DNA of 55,323 nt. Origin: Catajapyx aquilonaris. Taxonomy: Eukaryota. The stretch covers positions 1 to 55,323 of the forward strand of contig JYFJ02002534.1 of assembly GCA_000934665.2 (NCBI GenBank), given 5' to 3'. The translations under genes and the position numbers were made by a program. Positions within the stretch are counted from its first letter, which is position 1, and each line of letters starts with the position of its first letter. This document shows positions 1 to 11,942 of the stretch, piece after piece. The notes beneath the pieces are model-generated. The model saw only the letters and a program-made list of their open reading frames with translations, made no database searches and was not told the DNA's origin.

Positions 1-26
1 TTAAGAACATGGCCTACACCGCAGGC

Positions 27-112
27 CGCAGGCCTAGAAAACAGCGAGCGAAGCGAGTGGTTTTCTAGGCCTGCGCCCTAGGAAAAGGCGAGCGGAGTGA
101 GGATTTTCCTAG
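27..112 (+). mobile_element. Helitron-like 3' terminus (two hairpins, ending CTAG|T) in an ERCC5 intron
   Basis: 16-bp perfect stem 27-42/60-75 and 9-bp stem 78-86/104-112. Both enclose 17-nt loops containing GCGAGCGRAGYGAG. The segment ends in CTAG followed by T. Confidence 0.5.
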
Positions 113-251
113 TTATCAATATATTATGATATGATGTGTGTTGTAATGCTAAGTTTTATACACAGAGAAAGAGTGATATTATTTTCCAAACACGCTAGTA
201 ATTTTTTACATCAGGCAGATATGGCTTTTTAAAAATTATGTACACACATAC

Positions 252-1436
252 CTGAGGCATCTGATTGATTCTGGACCATGAATTCTGTTTGCGGGTTTCC
301 TTGAGCTCAGTGAGTATATCGTGCTGGACCTCAACAGGCAAGGAACGAAATGTCTCTCCATCAAAGTCAACTGTATGGAGATCCACATTGGAATAGTTCT
401 CCAGTACAAAATCAGTCTCGGAATCTGAATCCTCCACTTCTGAATCACTGCTTTGGTCTTCAGACGCCACACTGCAAAATGTACACCGTAATCAAACCTG
501 ACAAGCGAAACAGTGTCGAGTCTCACACCTTTTGTTACCCTTCAGTGGAGGCAGCTCAAACAAATCCCTCTCTTTTTTCTTTGGAGAAATATTTATCTTT
601 TCAGGACTTGTTCCAAGCACTGTACCAACTGCATGGCTCTTGATAAAATTCATCAAGATCTTCTCATTGGTATGACCCACTTTGTGTTGAGCCTTTTCCT
701 TTCGTTGCCACCTGGCAGCCTGCAAATAAATCCAGTTGGTTACTGTGTTACATTGCAATGAAATCTGCCACTGCCCTACATTTACGGTTAAGGCATGCAA
801 CAGTCTCTCCACAAGATTTGCAACATTGACGTGAATCCAGATAGTCATTGATTCATACATGTAAAGATAAATCAAAGAGAATGGGAGACTCAATATTCTC
901 TGTGCATGGTGACCTATGATTTACATTTGCTATTTGAGCTCATAATATTCTCTATTCTTGAAAGTCCCTGACATTCATTCATGGTTATCTTAGAGTTAGT
1001 AGCAAAGTGTCAAATAAATGGCAAGATAAATGGGCATTACAAGTGTTTGCCTCTTCAGCAGCGGTGCACTTCCATCAAACACGAAGATTGGCTTGATCCT
1101 GTAAAACAACAGCTTGCAAACGCGATGAAAGAGACCTAGAAGATGTGCATTGGGAAGGGGTGTCCCTTGCTTGTCCCTGAAACCTTTGACAGCATGATGC
1201 AACCACAGGGATATATCTGAGCAGCAGTTAAAGAAGAACAAGGCAATGGTAACTTGGTGTCAAATAAAAGCAACCATTTTGGCTGCCACTATTTGCATCA
1301 CAACGATGCAAGTCTGTTTCAATGCCAGTCTCTCTAAAAAAAGGATACCGACGGCGAGGACCTTGTTCTCCAGTGACTCCAGTGAGACGGGCTTCCCCGT
1401 GGAGTTGATGAGGCTCCACAATCCGTGGACTCCCAT
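252..1436 (-). CDS. ERCC5: XPG/ERCC5 (Rad2-family) DNA excision repair endonuclease, N-terminal part; gene continues beyond the left window edge. Coding exons 1436-1349, 1216-1041, 719-529, 471-252
   Basis: Spliced translation [41 protein letters not shown]...[25 protein letters not shown]...KRQTL is the XPG-N domain. Later ...[32 protein letters not shown]... matches the XPG UBM-like segment. GT-AG junctions keep frame (675 nt). The exon 3 donor at 528 is the least certain boundary. Confidence 0.95.
1217..1348 (-). other. U12-type (minor spliceosome) GT-AG intron, first coding-region intron of ERCC5
   Basis: 5' splice site GTATCCTTT. Branch-point-like TTCTTTAAC (1235-1227) lies 10 nt from the 3' end (TGCTGCTCAG), with no polypyrimidine tract after it. 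Confidence 0.88.
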
Positions 1437-1969
1437 CGCATCAGGAGGAAAGCAACGCAGGAAAATCAATCACTTCTCGCAGGACATGCCTTCTGAGGAG
1501 CCATTTTGAGCAGGGTCACACCAGCAGTGGAGATTCATTCCTAGAAAATGCAGTTTAAATTCATTTCACGTGTCAGTAACAAGAGTCTCACTATTTTAAT
1601 ATCTTATTTGCATTACCTTTTATTAAATAATGTGTGTAACGTAATTACGGATACTGTAACTCGTTTTTGTTCGGAAATTCCAACGCCATTTTGAACATGT
1701 TTGGTAATTCACCGTAACCACGACCGTAACGTAACATGCGTTTTTGGGCACAACCGACATAATGCTGAGCTAAAAACGAGATAAAAATACATCCAGTAAT
1801 TATTCATTTTTTCTTAACAATAATATACACCGTAGTATGGTTAAATAATGCGATTTAAGTTCAGTTGCGTTCGCTAGTCACGACTTTGACGTCACCGATT
1901 ATGGGCCGGCGCTTATCGTTTGAAATATTTTGAAATCTTCTGAACGGTCCTGTTGAAAAAGGGCAAAAG
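1437..1969. promoter_or_regulatory. Bidirectional promoter and 5' UTRs shared by ERCC5 and CDC23
   Basis: Start codons diverge 533 bp apart. YY1/Pho-type CAAAATGGCG on minus (1693-1684). Initiator-like TCAGTT at 1861 on plus. Probable ERCC5 5'UTR intron 1616-1541 (AAG|GTAATG ... TTTTCTAG). Confidence 0.65.
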
Positions 1970-4103
1970 ATGGAGGGTAGGAAGAATGTTTGGAAGTTTG
2001 ACCTGCGGGAGGTGAAGAGGGACATCATGGTCGCATTCGGCAGGTGCAACGAGAGGGGACTCATCAAGTCTGCAAAATGGTACGGCACACACTCTCTTGA
2101 AGGAAGAGGAAGGACTCGAAAACCCTGCAGCCATATAAAGGCGGGAAAAAAATGGGCATGGTCTATTGTATGCACATGCAATGTGCTGTCGGTGCACGAA
2201 ATACATTACCTGGTCGTCATATTTGTCAGTATGGTACTTACAAAATGTGCATAGTTCAGTGTGAGTTTCTTCCTTCTAATTTTGCAGGTTGGCCGAGTTA
2301 AACTTTGCCCTGAAAGATGTCAAAGCGGCACCAGCAGAGGAGCAGAGTCTTGATGCCTCAGAACTCGATCCGGAAGTTGAGTTTGAGTCAGAGAGCGATC
2401 GGTACATTCTGGCCAAGAGCTACTTTGATGTGAAGGAATACGACAGATGCGCCCACTTTACTGAGTCATGCAAGCACCCCAAGACCAGATTTTTGCACCT
2501 GTACTCGCGCTACTTGGCTGGAGAGAAGAAGAGGCTCGATGACATGACTGACACACGTACTTTCATTTTGTGTTGTTTATTATTACAGTCAAATATGCCC
2601 GTAACTGACCACAGAGGCCATAGATTAAAACAAATAAATTTATTCTCCTTGTAGTACCTATCGACAACTTCAAAGCATCATACTTGAAGGACCTTCGTAT
2701 GGAGCTGGAGCGAGGCTACACCTCAGGGACACTGGATGGCTACCTCTTGTACTTGTATGGTGTAGTCCTGAAGCAGCTGGACCTCGAGACTCAAGCAATG
2801 GACATCTTGCTCGAGTCTATTCACGCAGAGCCGTCCATGTGGGGTGCCTGGTTAGAGCTGGCTGGACTCATTGCTGACCGCTCCGCCCTCTCTGCCCTCT
2901 CCTTACCAGAACACTGGATCAAGTCTTTCTTCTTAGGACACACTTACTTGGAACACCAAATGAATGAAGAAGCCCTGCAAATCTACTGGACGTTACAGGT
3001 GGGGTTTGGCATATGCCCATATGTTTCATTTTATGTAACTGCTTGTTCATTTAGTAATGCATTATTTTTGTCAAAACCATGAACAGGGATCAGGACTCCA
3101 AGACAGCACTTACGTGATGGCACAGTCTGCTATTGCTTACCACAACAAGCGTGATATTGACCGTGCCATCGAGGCATTTCGTGGACTTCAGGAGTCTGAC
3201 CCATATCGTCTGGACAACATGGACATATATTCTAACTTGCTATATGTTAAGGAGCTTCGAGTTGACTTGTCTGTTCTGGCCCATAAGACATGCCAGATTG
3301 ACAAGTACAGGGTGGAAACCTGCTGCGTGGTTGGAAACTACTACAGCCTCAGGTCAGAGCACCAGAAGGCTGTGTTGTACTTCCAGCGAGCGTTACGTCT
3401 GAACCCAAACTACCTCTCAGCTTGGACACTAATGGGACATGAGTTCATGGAAATGAAAAATACTAATGCAGCCATCCAGAGCTACAGGCAGGCCATCGAG
3501 GTCAACCGGAGAGACTATCGGGCGTGGTATGGATTGGGGCAGACGTACGAGATCATCAAGATGCCCTACTACTGCTTGTACTACTACAAGCAGGCACAGT
3601 GCCTGAGGCCAAATGACAGCCGCATGTTGATTGCACTGGGAGAAGCATATGAAAAATTGGATCGCATACCTGATGCGCTCAAATGCTATTCCAAAGCACA
3701 CTGTGTGGGTGATATTGAGGGTGTGGCACTGCTTCGCCTTGCCAAATTATACGAACGATTAGGGCAGAGTGAACAAGCAGCGGCTACATATGACCAGTAC
3801 GTTCAGGAGACCGAGGCACAAGGAATAGTGGAGCGGGATGAACAAAGTCAAGCTTACAAATTCCTAGCCAACTTCTTCTTAAGGAAGGGACGGCTCGACA
3901 GGGCTTATCATCATGCACAGAAATGCCTGGAGTGTGCAGATACCAAGGAGGAAGGAAAGGCGTTACTCAAGACCATTGCACTCAGGAGGAGTCAGCAAGA
4001 GGACGGCTCCATGCTAGTTGAAGATGACGGGGACAAGACTGAGGAGGACAGCACTGCCACTGCTGCCAGGATAGTGCCAATGGCACTATCTTTTACACCT
4101 TGA
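1970..4103 (+). CDS. CDC23: Cell division cycle protein 23 / APC8, TPR subunit of the anaphase-promoting complex. Exons 1970-2079, 2288-2556, 2655-2998, 3087-4103 (~579 aa)
   Basis: Motifs RGLIKSAKWLAEL, YILAKSYFDVKEYDRCA, DPYRLDNMDIYSNLLYV, ETCCVVGNYYSLRSEHQKAVLYFQRALRLNP, AWTLMGHEFMEMKNTNAAIQSYRQA, DYRAWYGLGQTYE. GT-AG junctions give 1740 nt in frame. Confidence 0.97.
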
Positions 4104-5110
4104 ACAATATTAACCTGCATGCTGCATTAATTGAGCTTATATCTCCATTGGTAGAAATGTCTCATATATCTACATCGGTTGGCACCCTCTGGATGTAAGC
4201 TAAGTTATGAAACACATGAAACTGATACGGTGAGGTTCACCTGGACTAATTGCTGTTTTTGCAACGACTGCCCCAATTTTCAATGTGGTTTGATAAAAAC
4301 GCAATGCTGTATGTGGCTATGTGATCTCCAGATGCGCTGCATCATTATTTTAGTCCGATCTCACCACCTGGCATGTCATTGTTTCAGTATTTGTAAACAT
4401 GCCATGGTTGATTGGTTATTTGTTCCAGTTCGGTACTTATGCATGTCCTTGTGATATACCACCTGCAGATACACTCTCAACAAATAGTGTGCTGCAATGT
4501 AACCACGGTGATCACGCAGAGTTGGGCAACAAGCAGTTTTTTAAACATGTTGTCTGCTCTGGATTTAGGACTGGTAATTTGTAAGTATCGTCATCACATG
4601 CCTGTACGTATTGACAAATTTGTTTTACTGCTCCGAACACGCTCGGTGCATTCAAATACCTCGTGCTCCTTAATAAATTATGAGTGACTTTTCCTAGTAA
4701 ACCCCTTGTTATGCCGACCCATGGTGATTGTCTCAGTTCAAGGTGCAATCTCCCCTTCTCTTACTCTCCAAGGCCATCACATTATGCAATTCACCTTAAA
4801 CTACTATTACCCCCATCAATTCCCAACTCTAAAAAAATGGCGCGCAAAAATTCAAGGTCCTGTCACTTAGGTTTTTTACGCACATCATTCCAGTCCTTCC
4901 AAGTGTGAGCATCAGATGGTATAGCCAGGTGCAAAGTACAACACAAGAGAACAGGTGGTTGAGTATAAGAAAAGGGGGTCATTTCCGTGCATAAAAGAGC
5001 GGCTGTTGGACTAAAAGGGAGTTTGGCGCTCAACAGTTGGCATCACCGGATCGATTTTAACTACAAGCGATTTTCGTGTGAGTGTGTGTCAGAAACCCAG
5101 AACCGAGAAG

Positions 5111-8100
5111 ATGGCCGAGGAAAAACGGCGTAGAAGGTGAGACAGGTTTTATATTTGGGCCTGAGTTGCCTAAGTCCTAATCGCTATATACACACATTTT
5201 TTTTCATATAAAACACTGGTTATCTATATAGGTTTTTATCGATGTTGATACTGGTGTCTGCATGTCTGTGGGTCAATATGTGACCTTCTGTCTCAGGTGT
5301 TGAAATATACGCATTTAATGTGGGTTATACGCACACGGATGTGTCTATCGGTCCGGATGTGGTTAGACTTATCTACATTTTTTTTCGTGCCGTACCAGTA
5401 CGTCGAATTGTAGTGCGAACACTCTTTTGAACCCTGACCTGTGAGTCCAACCTTGTTGTATGCACCATCACGTGCGGTGGTATTACCTTTTGACCGGAGT
5501 GAATAAGAAGAAGAAAAAAAATGCGTGTGTGCGTAGGAATGGTTGGGAGCACACTAAAAATATATGCGTTGCCCTGGCTGCAACATCCAAACTGTTTCGG
5601 ATATTATTGCTGCCAATGCACCTGGCTGTTTTATTCTGGGCCTCTCAGGTCTTGCACGGGTCTGCACAAAGTGTACCGGCGGTGTAATAACACGTAATCG
5701 GTTGACACACTTTGGGTGGGACATACGCCGTTGTCCTCGTTTCCATCTAGACAGGTATGCACACCATGGGTACGGGTCAGGTTTAGTATTTAGAAGTGAC
5801 GTCACTATTGTTGTAATATATTCGTGCAGCTATTGAAAGTATAGGTGTGTGCAAAACAATGTGCCTAAGTAGCACAGTGACATCCAGAAATGTCAACCAG
5901 TGGATATTCCAGTAAAACCCAAATGACATCCATGGGATATCCAGTCGATGTAACTGTTATCTTATTGGCGACTCTATTTATTTATTTTTTTAGCTTACGT
6001 TTTGCACACTAAGTGAAAGTAGTGCAGTGTTCGGATCTGGCAATTTCCTGCTTCCAATACATTGACCTCTTTCATTTTTCCCCTTTGTTATTTTAGCCAC
6101 GACATAATAGCTTTTTAATGTGTTTGCAAGGCGTGTCCCTGGTGAAAGTCATTATTTTTTTTTTCTCCAACTAATGCGACTCTTTTACACCCTTATTAAT
6201 TTTTCTTTCCAATTTTCTGTATGCAATGGCTATCATTATATAACTATGAATTAATTAACTATTGATGTTATACGAACAGTTTTGTAATGTCTAATAATTT
6301 TAATTGGCTATTAGTTATGAATTAATTAGCTGTTGATGTTACGAACAATTTTGTAGTGTCTAATAATTTTAATTAGGCACCAACATGCCAAAATTAGGCA
6401 AAAAATTAGGCACAATTGCGAAAGTGGAGAGGGAGAGAGAGAGACGCGGACCAGCAGCGACATCCGACTTCGAAGTGCCGAAGTAAGCGAGTCGCCACCC
6501 AGGAGGTTGCGCCCCGCGGCCGGAGCGGCGTTTATGGGAACTCCGTGGAAATAGGTCGCGGGCTTTTTTTAGGGGTTTTTTTTTTGCGTTTTATAAATTC
6601 AATGGGCACTATTGCCATAAAAAACAGTTTATTGCAAATATAGAAAACGCGGGCTAAATTCTGACATAACTCCCAATGCTGCAGGCCGTACACAACGGGA
6701 GTAATCGCCATCACAGTAGGGTAGATTGGCTACTATTAGTTATGAATTAATTAACTATTAGTTATTGTTAGTTACGAACACGTATATTTTCAAAGCTGTT
6801 GCTGGGGTGAACAACTTCGGGTCGTATAAATATTATGTCTAGTCTATATTAAGACGAACTCTGAACCGGATCACATATGAATGACACTTGTCTTCACCCC
6901 TCGGGAACCCACCGGATGAGGTCAGTGACGTAATGGGAACGTCATACACCAGACAAGACTGGTCGGCCCTTATTTTTCTTATGGCCTACCCTACCAGTTT
7001 CCGTGGGAAGAAACACGTCATGAGAAAAGGCAACAGGGTGGAGGGGTGTTGTTGGGGGTGGTTATTTCGGAGGAAGGAGGGTCACACTTGGAGGGTAGTC
7101 CACGTTGGAAGGTTTGGCATCTTTTTTCGGGCTGGATTTGCAGGTAGAGTTGAGAAGGGAAATTGTATCAATGGATGAAAATGAGGCAGATGAGAGCATC
7201 CGTGGCGTGATGGCCATGGGCGTGGTACGATCGTGTATTTTGGTGAATGGCTTTTGTGGCCTTCTACGCATCCGTACGCACTAGTCTCAAATGTCGTGTG
7301 GGGTGTGGAATAGGCAGCAAAAAAACTAGTTGGATGAGAGCCAGAAAACGCGGCGTGGATTTAGTGATACGAATAGCGCGCCAAAATTGTATGCAGTACA
7401 TTTTTTTTGAGCATGGTTGTGCAAAATTTATGGGTATGTTGCAAAAGTGTGTGATAAGATTATATGCGGGGCTTACGACATGTCCTGTGCGGAAAATTAT
7501 CTGGAGGTGATAAAGTTGGAATTACCTGCAGGTACGACAAGTGTTCGGTCCTCATTTCCGCGGTGTGTACCATGGCAGCCTCATCATTCCTCAGGTAACA
7601 TTTTAAGTCCGAAACACGGTACCGGTACCTAAAAATGTTAAAAAATAATATTCGGTGAGTCAGGTCAGACTAAAAAGAAAAAAAGAAAAAAAAAGTGCAA
7701 GGCACAGATTTAGGATGACATATGGTGCATATGATTATATGGGTGGCGTGATGTGGCGTGTGTGTGGGAGTGTGTGTGTCTGTTATTGGCTGTGAGGCTC
7801 GGGTGTACCAGTTGGGAGTTGCACATTACTACACGACGACGTTCTTTTGTGGTAATGCAGGATTATGGACGGCGTCCTGTTGGGACTCCTCAAGGCCCTG
7901 TCCTTCGCATACGATGTGGTTACCTATCCGGTCTACGCCTTTATACAACAACCATGGAAAACCAAGGAACAAGCCGCCAAAACTAGAGTAAGTACCCCAA
8001 GTAGCACGAATCGCTCTGGAATATACCCCATGGATATCCACGGGATATTTGGATATCCACTAGATATCCACTGAATATCCATTGGATATTTGGATATCAA

Positions 8101-11100
8101 CTACTGTAGATATCCACTGGATGTCCACTTGATAGTTGGATGTCCACTACTGTAGATATCCACTGGATGTCCACTTGATAGTTGGATATCAACTACTGTA
8201 GATATCCACTGGATGTCCACTTGATAGTTGGATGTCCACTACTGTAGATATCCACTAGATATCCACTGAATCTCCATTGGATATTTGGATATCAACTACT
8301 GTAGATATCCACTGGATGTCCACTTGATAGTTGGATGTCCACTAGATATCCACTGGATATTTGGATATCCATAGGATGTAAGTAGGATATCCTGTGCTAC
8401 CAGCATAGATGGTGAACCTCCCGGACAGACAGAGTCACATTATATGTATTTCCAGGCTGAGGTGATTGGAAGGTCAGAGGATAGCCTGACTGTCCAGAGC
8501 ATCCTGCATAAGTCACCTTTACATCTACAGCTTCTGGAGGCACAGGTGGATACCCTTCCTCAGCTTCTTCAGTTTAGTGCGCAGAGGTATGGACCGTGGC
8601 CGTGTTTGGGTACGAGGGATATCCTGGCGGAGGAGGATGAGATGCAGCCTAATGGAAGGGTCTTCAAGAAGGTCAGTTTGTTACCTCACCTGCATATCAA
8701 GATTTCACGTGTATCTTAAAGAGACAAAGGTCGGGTATTACCACACGAATATTGCGTCTCGGGTGATACCTAGAGGAAAATGACCTCGGCCTTGAGACCA
8801 CTGGGCAGTTGTTTGGTATGCCAGGCATTGTTAGGCGGGGGGAACATCTGCATGCCAATGACGTAACTGTTGCAAAATGATTGACTTGTCTGGCATATAT
8901 GACCTACTTTTATTGAACTGATGGGTAACAATATCAACAATATAATGAGAAAAAAATTGCCAACAGTTTGCAAGCCCTGTTTGTGAGTCACCTTCTGGGC
9001 AATAAAAGTCAAAAGATCTATTTGCTGGGGCTGGCTTGCAAGCATAACCATTCTGCAAAGTCAACTTCTGCAAGGCCGGATACTGCAACCTTGGAAAAGT
9101 TTTCCTCTTGGCTGGTTACACAGGAAAAAGTTCATGAAATTCGCACAGCTTGCTGTCACGATTCTAAAGCAGGAAAAAAAAAATCGGATTTAGTGGGATT
9201 ATCCACCGCAGTTCATTTACCCTTTTGCATGGTTGGTCTTATCCGTACAGCGCAATATGATATCAGTCGACTACGCAGAATGTACTAAAGCATTTTTTTT
9301 TTCATTTACAGTATGTGATGGGAGATTACCAATGGAGGAGCTTCAATGATGTGGATACGGAGTCCAAACATTTTGGTCTTGGGCTGCGTGAACTTGGGTA
9401 CAACGCAGGGGACAAGGTGGTCATCTTTGCGGAGACCAGGGCGGAATGGCTGGTGGCTGCTTATGGGTGTTTCAAGCAGGGGATACCAATCGTAACGCTC
9501 TATGCCACTCTTGGAGACGATGCGCTTGCCCATGGTATCAACGAAACTGAATCCACTTGCATAATTTCAACACATGAGCTGTTGCCCAAGCTGAAACCAG
9601 TCTTGGCAAAGGCTCCATTGGTTAAGACTGTGATCTTCATGGAAGATCAGCTCAAAAAGATGGACAGCAAGGCGACGTTGGATTCTGTCAGGCTCATGCC
9701 GTACAAGAGCATTGTGGATATGGGATCAAAGTCTCATAAACGTTAGTGCACTTTTGTGACTGCATTTCAACTGGTGTGTTTGAGGTCGTAAAGCACATTT
9801 CTTTTGCAGAGGGAGTTATTCCCAAGCCGGATGATGTGGCCATCGTGATGTACACTAGCGGATCAACTGGCACTCCAAAGGGTGTCCTTTTATCTCACAG
9901 GAACATTGTTAGATCCATAATATGCTTCACGGATTACTTTCAAGGGGTCCAAGAGCAGCAGTCCTACATGGCATACCTGCCATTGGCTCATGTTCTTGAG
10001 CTTCAGGCCGGTAAGAAAAAACCTTGAGAGGACTAATCTTCTTGTTCATAATGCAATCCCATAATCAAACTTTTTTTCCTTCAGAGGGCCTGTGCTTGGC
10101 CTATGGCCTTCGAATTGGCTACTCCACACCACTGACAATGATGGACAAGTCCAGCAAGATCAAGCGAGGAAGCAGTGGAGATGCAAGTATCCTCAGGCCG
10201 GACCTGATGGCTGCTGTACCTCTCATTCTGGATCGCATTTACAAGGGTGTCTACGAGACAGTTGAGAAGAACGGCGCTTTTGGGAAGCTCATCTTTGACT
10301 TTGCGTACCAATACAAGCTGAAGTGGTACAGGAGAGGATTCCAGACTCCACTCATAGACAGGATTGTTTTCAACAAGGTCCGAAAGCTGATGGGAGGCAA
10401 CCTGACGATGATCATGTCTGGAGGTGCACCTCTGTCACCGGACACACATGACTTTGTCCGCACCTGTCTCTGTGTCAGGCTCCTTATTGGTTACGGGTTA
10501 ACTGAGACCTGCGCTTGCGCATGCCTTCAAGATGGTAAGTTCAATTAAGTCGTAATGTACAGTATTATTGGATGTTTGTTCAGCTGAATAAATAATCATA
10601 CTCCTTCTGTGAATGACTAGCTGAAGACATGTCGGTGGGTCGCGTCGGCTGCCCAGTAAAGTGCAGCTACATCAGGCTGGTGGACTGGGAGGAAGGAAAG
10701 TACCGCGTTAAGGACAAACCCAATCCCAGGGGAGAAGTGGTGGTTGGCGGAGACAACATCTCCCTCGGCTATTACAAGCTGGATGATCAAACCAAGAAGG
10801 AGTTTTTTGTTGAGGATGGGATTAGATGGTTCAGCACGGGAGATATTGGAGAACTCACCCCTGATGGAGTCTTGCGACTCATAGGTAAATATTACGGACC
10901 TGTAGCATTCCCCAGGCATCAGTTGTCCCCTACATTTCGATTACCCGTATTTGTATTACACAAATACAGCACTGGAAATAATTGCATCTGAAATACTATC
11001 GGTGAAACAGAATATTCTGTTTCATCAAGGCCAACTTGTTCCATGGAATATGTGCCTGCGTTGTTGGAAATGCATGGTCGTTAAATCCACAGGTGCACCT

Positions 11101-11942
11101 CTATCTTGATTAACACTTCCATATGTCAATACAGTTCTGGCATAATTATGTAATTGCTAATGCATGAGATTGTGCCAGATGCCTGCTACCAGCACTATAG
11201 AAATTCTGATTACATTGGGCGTACAGTACTCTGTATTCTGGTGCGTGTTACTTAGAAGGAAGCACCAGTTGAATTTTAGCATGACTTAGCTTCCGAGGGC
11301 ATGGACTTGTCATATCATGCATAATATAATTTTTATGGTTCCTTGCGTGAAGTGTGTGGCAAGCCAACTTGGGCATGTTGACTCACGTGTACATAGGAAT
11401 TTCAGAAACCCAAGAGAGGATTGAATGGATATTTTCTCCCACATAGATCGCAAAAAGGACCTGGTGAAGCTGCAGTTCGGAGAGTATGTAGCTCTAGGCA
11501 AAGTAGAATCAGAGCTGAAGACCTGCTCCCTGGTGGAGAACATTTGTGTCTATGGAGACAGCAGCAAGGACTTCACCGTAGCATTAGTGGTCCCCAATGG
11601 AGCACAGCTGACAGCCTTTGCCCAGAAGCTGGGTCTGAATGGCATCAGCGTAGAGAACATGTGTTCCAGTGCTGAACTGGAGAAGGCCGTTCTCAAGGAA
11701 CTTCAGCAGCATGGACTGAAGAGTAAGCGACAAAGCTAATGTTACCTCCCAACAGAAATCGCATTTAAAACACTCTTGTAATTGCAGGAAATCTGGCCAA
11801 GTTTGAGCTCCCAGCAGCAGTGAAGCTCTGTTCAGACATGTGGACTCCAGACTCAGGGTTCGTCACGGCAGCTTTCAAGCTAAAGAGGCGCAACATCCAA
11901 GAACACTACCAAAGCGAGATCAATCGCATGTATGGCATGTAA
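5111..11942 (+). CDS. Long-chain-fatty-acid--CoA ligase, ACSL3/ACSL4 type. Exons 5111-5136 (probable first), 7861-7987, 8456-8671, 9312-9741, 9810-10010, 10085-10534, 10621-10884, 11447-11722, 11788-11942 (~714 aa)
   Basis: AMP-binding motif [15 protein letters not shown], plus [55 protein letters not shown] and [10 protein letters not shown]. Hydrophobic N-terminal anchor [24 protein letters not shown]. Exon chain totals 2145 nt in frame. The first exon is inferred; an in-frame ATG also exists at 7865. Confidence 0.95.
5864..5955 (+). repeat. Truncated copy of the AAGTAGCAC / GGATATCC-rich element also found at 7995-8402
   Basis: CCTAAGTAGCACAGTGACATCC...GTGGATATTCC...GGGATATCCAG shares its terminus and internal motifs with the ACSL intron 2 element. 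Confidence 0.5.
6228..6780 (+). repeat. Three degenerate copies of a ~70-bp AT-rich unit (GGCTA..TTATGAATTAATTA..TTACGAACA): two in tandem (6228-6375) and one at ~6727-6780
   Basis: Direct visual alignment of the units. A GC-richer ~350-bp segment separates copies 2 and 3. Confidence 0.7.
7995..8402 (+). mobile_element. MITE-like element with internal 46-bp GATATC-rich minisatellite in ACSL intron 2
   Basis: Ends CCCCAAGTAGCAC ... GTGCTAC form a short inverted terminus. Unit GTTGGATATCAACTACTGTAGATATCCACTGGATGTCCACTTGATA occurs ~5 times between ~8090 and 8335, flanked by GGATATCC-type subrepeats. Confidence 0.65.

Noticed and set aside
8020..8395. Regularly spaced repeats resembling a CRISPR array
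   Set aside because: No unique spacers, eukaryotic intron context and no cas genes; it is a minisatellite.
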